Source: a virus. Taken from it: 16,267 nt of DNA. The DNA is taken from IMG/VR virus record IMGVR_UViG_3300045988_100154, positions 1 to 16,267 of that record; one strand, given 5' to 3'. Positions 1 through 5,574 of the stretch are shown here, piece after piece (position 1 is the stretch's first letter; each line of letters begins with the position of its first letter). The notes beneath the pieces are model-generated. The model saw only the letters and a program-made list of their open reading frames with translations, was not told where the DNA came from and did no database searches. The position numbers and the translations under genes are program-made.

Positions 1-59
1 TGATCGGTCGGTTGTCAGCCAGTGGCCGCCGGAGGCGGTTGCCCTCCGGGTGACGGACA
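1..59. repeat. Left inverted terminal repeat (59 nt), presumed protein-primed replication origin
   Basis: Nt 1-59 are the exact reverse complement of 16209-16267. Identity breaks at position 60 (c, where g would be needed). 41 of 59 nt are G or C. It contains a 7-bp hairpin, CCGGAGG 29-35 pairing with CCTCCGG 43-49, with a 7-nt loop. Confidence 0.9.
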
Positions 60-88
60 CGGCGCGGCGTGAATATGTGTGTAATGAT

Positions 89-134
89 ATTTTCTAGAAA
101 ATTTTTAGAAAAAGTATTGACATATTTCTAGAAA
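89..134. promoter_or_regulatory. Operator-like palindromes (TTTCTAGAAA family) overlapping the early promoter
   Basis: There is a perfect 14-bp palindrome ATTTTCTAGAAAAT at 89-102, a degenerate copy TTTTTAGAAAAA at about 102-113, and a perfect 10-bp palindrome TTTCTAGAAA at 125-134. The last one sits in the spacer between the -35 and -10 boxes. Confidence 0.45.
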
Positions 135-146
135 ATGTGGTATTGT
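117..146 (+). promoter_or_regulatory. SigmaA-type early promoter
   Basis: TTGACA at 117-122, an 18-nt spacer, then an extended -10 TGgTATTGT at 138-146. It lies about 55 nt upstream of the first RBS and ATG. Confidence 0.6.
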
Positions 147-200
147 AATATCAGAAACAAGGGAAAACCAATAATACAAAATAGAAATGGAGGAAACAAA

Positions 201-479
201 ATGAAAGAAATTAAGAGACAAAGTGACTATGAAGTGGTAGTAACAAAATATGGAAAAGAGATTTTCAGATATAAGGTTGATTCATTATTAACAGCAAATG
301 GTTTGGTAAAAACTTTCTGTTCACAAGCTATGAAAGAAAAGAGTGAAATTTTCTTTTCCATTTATGAAAAAGGAATAGAAATAGTAAATGGAGAACATTT
401 TTCGGAAGATTCTTTTTATTATTATTCGGATTTTCGGCCAGAAATGTTTGCTACTTATAAGATGTCGTGCAATAGATAA
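201..479 (+). CDS. Hypothetical early protein (92 aa)
   Basis: ATG 201 follows GGAGG (189-193) at good spacing, so the track start at 135 is probably too far upstream. The region is AT-rich. I recognise no motifs. Confidence 0.6.
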   Translation: MKEIKRQSDYEVVVTKYGKEIFRYKVDSLLTANGLVKTFCSQAMKEKSEIFFSIYEKGIEIVNGEHFSEDSFYYYSDFRPEMFATYKMSCNR

Positions 480-527
480 CTTTACATTTGCTTTCCTATC
501 GGCAATACGGGGAGAAAAGATGATAAT

Positions 528-905
528 ATGAGAATTAATCAAAAAATGACTTATGAAGAATTGATCAAAATGGAAAATAGCGTTGCTGAACTTCCATTTT
601 ATGTAACAAGAAAAGTAGGAAATGAGTTTAAAGTGTATGCTTATTCACATTTATCAATGACGAACGGATACGTCCGTAAAAAAGCAACTTACAATCCACA
701 ACCATATAAAGGACGTTTTGGTATCGGATTTACTGTAAAATCCAACAATTCCGCAAGTACTCGTTATTCTTACATAACTTATTATATTGAAATCAAACAT
801 TCCGTTATCTGTTCTGCGAACGATAATTGTACAGAGTGTCCATTGTATAATGACGATGATCTTTTCGAAGATTGTTATTATTATTATGAAGAATGCGGTT
901 GCTAA
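528..905 (+). CDS. Hypothetical early protein with Cys/Tyr/acidic-rich C-terminus (125 aa)
   Basis: This is an ORF-track reading frame. The C-terminal 30 aa contain 6 Cys (CSANDNCTECPLYNDDDLFEDCYYYYEECGC), which suggests a small metal-binding knuckle. The RBS GGGGAG at 508-513 is rather distant from the start. Confidence 0.55.
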   Translation: MRINQKMTYEELIKMENSVAELPFYVTRKVGNEFKVYAYSHLSMTNGYVRKKATYNPQPYKGRFGIGFTVKSNNSASTRYSYITYYIEIKHSVICSANDNCTECPLYNDDDLFEDCYYYYEECGC

Positions 906-925
906 TTGTAGAAAGGAGACTTGAT

Positions 926-1174
926 GTGATAGTAAACGCTAATAGAGAGTTTAGAAAGAAACTTTCTGACTGCAAAAATTTGTTTCAAGTCGCATCTTAT
1001 TGTTATAGTAGTAAAGATGTACGTATATACTTAGGTCGAGAACATATTATCTTTTCTGGAATTGGAAAAGATTTACTTGACTCTTATACGGTTAAAACAT
1101 ATGGAAAGTGTGCTGTTACTTATGTATACATTGATACGGACGGTGTGCGTATTGAATTAGAGAATAGAGGTTGA
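926..1174 (+). CDS. Hypothetical early protein (82 aa, GTG start)
   Basis: The in-frame GTG at 926 lies 7 nt after AAAGGAG (912-918). The track ATG at 893 has no RBS and overlaps the previous gene. Confidence 0.5.
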   Translation: MIVNANREFRKKLSDCKNLFQVASYCYSSKDVRIYLGREHIIFSGIGKDLLDSYTVKTYGKCAVTYVYIDTDGVRIELENRG

Positions 1175-1177
1175 GAA

Positions 1178-1423
1178 ATGAGAATAAAAGATATATTAAA
1201 TAAAATAAAATCCGTACACATGATTAGTGTACAAATCTACGCAAGATACCGTGTGTTTGGGGAATTGCAAGAAACAATTATTAGAAAATGGGAATGTAAC
1301 GCGACTACAATGCGTGGTTTTGATGAAGAAGACCGTTGGTTACTATGCGAGGAAGTAGAGGGTATTATCATCAGTGATACAACTTTAATGCTGTACATTA
1401 ATGGGGAGGTGTCAAATGTATGA
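1178..1423 (+). CDS. Hypothetical early protein (81 aa)
   Basis: The ORF has a GAGG RBS upstream. Its N-terminus MRIKDILNKI resembles that of the next small ORF. Confidence 0.6.
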   Translation: MRIKDILNKIKSVHMISVQIYARYRVFGELQETIIRKWECNATTMRGFDEEDRWLLCEEVEGIIISDTTLMLYINGEVSNV

Positions 1424-1548
1424 AAGTAAAAGATATATTGCCATATATTGACGATATCGTTGCTATCTATATAAACGATGAATTACAAGTTTCGTTTGTT
1501 GTAGTAATGGGAGATATGAAAGCAATTTGTATTGGTATTAGACTGTAA
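1420..1548 (+). CDS. Small hypothetical protein (42 aa), absent from the ORF track
   Basis: The start overlaps the previous stop as ATGA. GGAGG (1405-1409) lies 10 nt upstream. My hand translation is MKVKDILPYIDDIVAIYINDELQVSFVVVMGDMKAICIGIRL. The N-terminus looks paralogous to the 1178-1423 product. Confidence 0.4.
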   Translation: MKVKDILPYIDDIVAIYINDELQVSFVVVMGDMKAICIGIRL

Positions 1549-1599
1549 AGTAATTGATATTAAAATAAAAGATGGTTATTTATCATTGGAGGTGGAATA

Positions 1600-2178
1600 A
1601 TGCCGAAATCAAAAGACTATAGCATCTATCAAGAACTTGATCTTTCCCTTGAGCAGATCAAACGCGAATTACCTAAAGTTGCGGCGGCGGCGAATAGCCG
1701 CCTTGCCAAACTGGAAAAAATACACGCGCGCGACCAATGGGAGTATGGGCGCGTAAAAGAATTTTTTGCGTCACAAGGACGAGAAAAAAATCGTTTTTTG
1801 AAAGGCGTTAAGCGGCCGGATGCATCTATCCGGCAGGAATGGGATACCATGGTTGCGTTTCTGAACTCTCCAGAAACTACCTTGGAGGGATACCGGATTG
1901 CAGAACTGCAGAGACGTTTTGACAAGTCGAAGAATAAAATTGACGGAGAAGTAACAGAAGATAACTATAAAGACTTGTATCGTTTTCTGACTTCCAATAT
2001 CTACAAAAAAAATCTGCGAAAGCAGGTAGCGTCCGATCAAATTATTGACGATTTTATTTCGAAATTACATGATCGTGAACTTGAGTCCAAAGATATTCTA
2101 GAAGAGTATGAGAACTTTCTTGATGGATATATTACGGAGGAAGAACTTTTTCATAAGAATAGAACTAAATTAAAGTGA
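1600..2178 (+). CDS. Candidate terminal protein (192 aa)
   Basis: It sits immediately upstream of the protein-primed-type DNA polymerase (10-nt gap), as gene 3 precedes gene 2 in phi29. It has a strong GGAGGTGG RBS and is basic with a helical-looking composition. I recognise no direct sequence similarity, so the call rests on position and context only. Confidence 0.45.
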   Translation: MPKSKDYSIYQELDLSLEQIKRELPKVAAAANSRLAKLEKIHARDQWEYGRVKEFFASQGREKNRFLKGVKRPDASIRQEWDTMVAFLNSPETTLEGYRIAELQRRFDKSKNKIDGEVTEDNYKDLYRFLTSNIYKKNLRKQVASDQIIDDFISKLHDRELESKDILEEYENFLDGYITEEELFHKNRTKLK

Positions 2179-2188
2179 GGTAACATCT

Positions 2189-4348
2189 ATGTATCAATTG
2201 GATGTCCCTGTTATCGTGAACGGAAACGAAGATGTTTCACGTGAGAGATTTTATTCCGTTCATGATTTTCCATTTTCTGATTTCCAGACTTTGCGCGAAT
2301 GCCGCAAACGCGGAAGAAAGAAAAATCCTATCATTTATTATGACGTGGAAATGGCGTTTGATATCGAGACAACCACGTTGGAAAAATTAGATTATAAACG
2401 CTATAATAAAACAGGGGAAAAAGTAATAAAAGGTGATGCTTTTATGTATCACTGGCAGTTCTGTTTAAAAGATACGGTCTGTTTCGGACGAACATGGAAC
2501 GAGTTTATTCGTTTCTGTGAGTGTTTACATTTGTATTTGAAAACATCTGATTCAAAGCGTGCTGTCGTGTACGTTCATAATCTCTCTTATGAATTCCAGT
2601 TCATGAAAGATTTCATAGAATTTGATGAAATCTTTGCGAGGGATGCACATAAAGTTATGAAATGTTATGCGAATAAATACGGGATTGAGTTTCGATGCTC
2701 GTATTTTTTAAGCAACATGAGTCTTTCAAAATTTTGCGAAAACAGTGAGGGCGTAACCCACTATAAACTTGTTGATACGTATGACTATAAAAAACTACGT
2801 ACACCAAAAACACCTTTAACGGACGTTGAACAGGGGTATTGCTACAATGACGTTCGAGGGTTGTGTGAATGCATCCGCGCCTTACGAAAAGAGGACAACT
2901 TAGCGGAAATCCCACTTACCTCCACTGGCTACGTTCGCCGTGAGTTCCGCCGTGCCATGCAAGCAGATAAAAACTATTATCCCGATACCTTTACTGACCT
3001 TTCGCTAACGTTACCACAATACCAACTCTGCAAAGATGCTTTCCGCGGCGGTAATACCCACGCTAACCGCATCCACGCTGGTCACACGATCACGGCGAAA
3101 AAGGGTGAATCTGTGATAGTTATGGGTAGTATGGACATCTCGAGTAGTTATCCGGCGCAGATCGCAACTGAGTATTATCCAATGAGTGCGTTCCGGGCGG
3201 TTGAGATCACAACGCAGGAACAGTTTGACAATTTGTGTGCTACACGTTGTGTTATCATGCGGGTACAATTTGACAACTTGCGTATTAAAGAAAACATTCC
3301 CGTCCCGTATATCCCGCTGTCAAAGTGTCAGAAGCACGGGAAAGATTGTGTGATTGATAATGGACGCGTATTGTATATTAATTGCTGTGAAATAGCAATG
3401 ACGGAAATTGACTTGTCGATCATAAAAAATCAATACGACTATGATTTCTTTACCGTCTCCGAGTGCTACGTAGCCGCGCGCGGAAAGTTACCGGATAGTA
3501 TGCGGAAAACTATGATGTCTTTCTTTATCGCAAAAAGCCAGTTAAAAGGAAATTCCAATAAAGTATATGAGTACATGAAATCTAAGAATAAGTTAAACAG
3601 TACATTCGGTATGTGCGTTACCGATCTTTTGCAGGACGAATGGGCAATGGATGCTTTTACGGGTGAATGGCATCGGGAAAAAGCAGACGCGGAAAAAGCG
3701 TTAAAAACATATTACGATGGAAAAAATAGTTTCCTCCATTATCAATGGGGAATCTATGTTACGTCTCATGCAAGAAAGCAGTTACAAGATATGCTGGACG
3801 TAGTTAGCATGGACGTTGTTTATTGCGATACGGACAGTATCAAATTTCTGCATCCGGAATTACACATTCCGGAATTTGAAGCCAAAAATAAAATACTGGC
3901 AAAACGTGCGATTGATAATGACATTCCGGCGTTTTGTGACGTTGGGGAAAAACGTTACATTCTCGGCGTATGGGATATGGATGACCTTTATGTACAATTT
4001 AAGACACTTGGAGCGAAAAAATACTGTGGTGTCGAATGGGACGAAAAAGCGGCACAATCTGGCAAAGAACCCGTGCGTTTTACGTCTACGGTCGCTGGAA
4101 TGAACAAGAAACTTGGCGCGGAAAACTTAAAATGCTGTAATAATTTCCGTCTCTGCCGCCGAATGGAAAATATCGGGCGAACGATCAGTTGTTTTAATAA
4201 TTCGAAACCGCATTACATCAAAGTAAACGGGGAAGAAATTTTGACTGCTAGTAACATTGGAATTATTGATACCACTTATACCTTAGGTGTATCAAATGAA
4301 TATTATGAAGTATTGGTAGACTCTCAAGACGGAGTGTTACCGGAATAG
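2189..4348 (+). CDS. Family B DNA polymerase, protein-primed (phi29 gp2-like), 719 aa
   Basis: All expected motifs are present: Exo I FDIETTT, Exo II HNLSYEF, Exo III YCYNDVRGL, motif A MDISSSYPAQ, motif B KNKLNSTFG, motif C YCDTDSIKF, and KxY as GAKKYCG. Confidence 0.95.
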   Translation: MYQLDVPVIVNGNEDVSRERFYSVHDFPFSDFQTLRECRKRGRKKNPIIYYDVEMAFDIETTTLEKLDYKRYNKTGEKVIKGDAFMYHWQFCLKDTVCFGRTWNEFIRFCECLHLYLKTSDSKRAVVYVHNLSYEFQFMKDFIEFDEIFARDAHKVMKCYANKYGIEFRCSYFLSNMSLSKFCENSEGVTHYKLVDTYDYKKLRTPKTPLTDVEQGYCYNDVRGLCECIRALRKEDNLAEIPLTSTGYVRREFRRAMQADKNYYPDTFTDLSLTLPQYQLCKDAFRGGNTHANRIHAGHTITAKKGESVIVMGSMDISSSYPAQIATEYYPMSAFRAVEITTQEQFDNLCATRCVIMRVQFDNLRIKENIPVPYIPLSKCQKHGKDCVIDNGRVLYINCCEIAMTEIDLSIIKNQYDYDFFTVSECYVAARGKLPDSMRKTMMSFFIAKSQLKGNSNKVYEYMKSKNKLNSTFGMCVTDLLQDEWAMDAFTGEWHREKADAEKALKTYYDGKNSFLHYQWGIYVTSHARKQLQDMLDVVSMDVVYCDTDSIKFLHPELHIPEFEAKNKILAKRAIDNDIPAFCDVGEKRYILGVWDMDDLYVQFKTLGAKKYCGVEWDEKAAQSGKEPVRFTSTVAGMNKKLGAENLKCCNNFRLCRRMENIGRTISCFNNSKPHYIKVNGEEILTASNIGIIDTTYTLGVSNEYYEVLVDSQDGVLPE

Positions 4349-4356
4349 GGGACGAT

Positions 4357-4479
4357 ATGAGATATTTTGTATTTTTTATGTTTTTGATATTAGCAACCGT
4401 TTGGGCGTTACATGAGGAAGAACTCGACCTTGCCATACTGCTTTTATTTTTGGATATTTTCTATATTTTTCTCTTTTGA
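4357..4479 (+). CDS. Possible small two-helix membrane peptide (40 aa), absent from the ORF track
   Basis: My hand translation is MRYFVFFMFLILATVWALHEEELDLAILLLFLDIFYIFLF, two hydrophobic stretches split by an acidic turn. A weak GGGGA RBS lies 5 nt upstream. It fills the gap between the polymerase stop and the next promoter. Confidence 0.3.
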   Translation: MRYFVFFMFLILATVWALHEEELDLAILLLFLDIFYIFLF

Positions 4480-4482
4480 GTA

Positions 4483-4511
4483 TTGACTTTCTGGTAGAAC
4501 AGTGATATTAT
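4483..4511 (+). promoter_or_regulatory. Internal sigmaA-type promoter
   Basis: TTGACT at 4483-4488, a 17-nt spacer, then an extended -10 TGaTATTAT at 4503-4511. It lies about 48 nt upstream of the 4559 start. Confidence 0.5.
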
Positions 4512-4558
4512 AATACTTGTAAGAACAAATAACCACATAAAGAAAGGATAGGGAAAAA

Positions 4559-4795
4559 ATGGTTAGAACAAAAATTGAAAAATTTGTCTATTCTGTTATT
4601 GACAGAAATACAAAACAGGTGATCGGCTCTTTTGAGAATACAGAAGAACTGAAATCGCAGAAAGCAAAAACCGCCGCTGTTGCCGACGCTGGTTTTCCGG
4701 AGGATTCCATCTGTGTATTAACCGACACCGTATCCGCCCGCTACAAGATGCCGGACGAACAGTTCTTTGCCGAAGCAAAGAGACTGGACGACTAA
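4559..4795 (+). CDS. Hypothetical protein (78 aa)
   Basis: This is an ORF-track frame and the first gene after the internal promoter. I recognise no motifs. A DNA-binding or regulatory role, like phi29 p4 or p6, is only a positional guess. Confidence 0.55.
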   Translation: MVRTKIEKFVYSVIDRNTKQVIGSFENTEELKSQKAKTAAVADAGFPEDSICVLTDTVSARYKMPDEQFFAEAKRLDD

Positions 4796-4855
4796 TCAGC
4801 GCACAACCGCGGTCTGCATAGTAAAAACAACTTAAATCAAAAAGGAGAGAAAATC

Positions 4856-5275
4856 ATGAGTAAAGCAAAAATGAAACTTATGAACGTAACCGTGAAATAC
4901 GCAAAGGAAGAGGACGGAAAGAGCGTTCTTTCTGCATCAATCACAGCCGATCAGCAGAAAGCCATCTTCGAAAAAATCATCGAAGATTTCGGTGAGGATG
5001 CCGCCGCAGAAGCAAAGTGGATTCCGGCGAAAGAAACCGCCGAAGCTGGTCTTTACGTGAAAGCACAGACCAATTACCGCGTCGACTTCTATGAAGATGG
5101 AGTTGAGAGCGACACTGTTTCTAGCGTTGACGAACTCGGCAAAGGCGCGTTAGTAGACATTTTCATCTCCATCGGTGAAAGCAAATTCCGCCGCGATAAA
5201 GGTTTCACTGCATACCTTTCCGCAGTAAATGTTCACAAATTCGGCGATACAGAAAAATTCAATCCGTTTGCCTAA
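4856..5275 (+). CDS. Putative single-stranded DNA-binding protein (139 aa)
   Basis: It has a strong AAAGGAG RBS and sits in the replication-gene neighbourhood. The C-terminal segment GALVDIFISIGESKFRRDKGFTAYLSAVNV resembles the OB-fold strand pattern of T7 gp2.5/DUF2815-type phage SSBs. This is similarity judged by eye only. Confidence 0.45.
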   Translation: MSKAKMKLMNVTVKYAKEEDGKSVLSASITADQQKAIFEKIIEDFGEDAAAEAKWIPAKETAEAGLYVKAQTNYRVDFYEDGVESDTVSSVDELGKGALVDIFISIGESKFRRDKGFTAYLSAVNVHKFGDTEKFNPFA

Positions 5276-5393
5276 GTTGCAATGACCTGGGTACGTGCCC
5301 CGACTGGCGGACGGAAAACTTGAGTATTAAGTTACCTGTAGTTGATTGTTACTATATCTTGTGTATTTTTGAAAAAACTCCATACGTGTAAAG

Positions 5394-5423
5394 AAAGCTA
5401 CATTTTTCAATGTAGCTTTTTTT
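5394..5423 (+). terminator. Rho-independent terminator ending the early/replication transcripts
   Basis: An 11-bp perfect stem (AAAGCTACATT 5394-5404 pairing with AATGTAGCTTT 5409-5419) has a 4-nt loop TTTC. The 3' arm runs into a tract of 7 T (5417-5423). Confidence 0.8.
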
Positions 5424-5437
5424 ATATCAATCGTAGA

Positions 5438-5534
5438 TCTGCCGTCCTCTGCCGTCCATCTGCAAGCAAAACGTGCGATGATCGTGCGATAAACGTGAGA
5501 TTGTCTGCGGAGAGACTGGCGGGAAACTGGCGGG
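5438..5534. repeat. Three adjacent sets of short tandem direct repeats at 10-11 bp phasing (iteron-like)
   Basis: TCTGCCGTCC occurs twice (5438-5457) followed by a partial TCTGC (5459-5463). CGTGCGAT, CGTGCGAT and CGTGAGAT start at 5472, 5483 and 5494. ACTGGCGGG starts at 5515 and 5526. Confidence 0.7.
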
Positions 5535-5574
5535 TACGCTGTGAGGAGATGTTGAAAACGATAGAAAGGAGTAT

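Noticed and set aside
73-84. A second patch of end-to-end similarity beyond the ITR: ATATGTGTGTAA at 73-84 against the reverse complement of 16133-16142, ATATGTGTAA.
   Set aside because: It is only about 10 nt, AT-rich, and at different distances from the two ends. It could be chance and is not strong enough to extend the ITR call.
2096-2103. An extra TTCTAGAA core inside the candidate terminal protein gene, as a possible third operator.
   Set aside because: Only the 8-bp core matches and the flanks do not extend the palindrome. It is inside coding sequence far from any promoter, so it is probably chance.
5276-5423. The 3' UTR plus terminator (148 nt) as a phi29-type pRNA gene.
   Set aside because: I found no own promoter. 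Apart from the terminator, only weak AU-rich local hairpins form, and there is no end-to-end helix. The element at 6803-6880 and the right subterminus are better, though still speculative, candidates.
5438-5534. CRISPR-like array or a satellite repeat.
   Set aside because: The units are only 8-10 nt, directly tandem at 10-11 bp with no spacers. Three different motifs are involved. This fits protein-binding iterons, not a CRISPR array.
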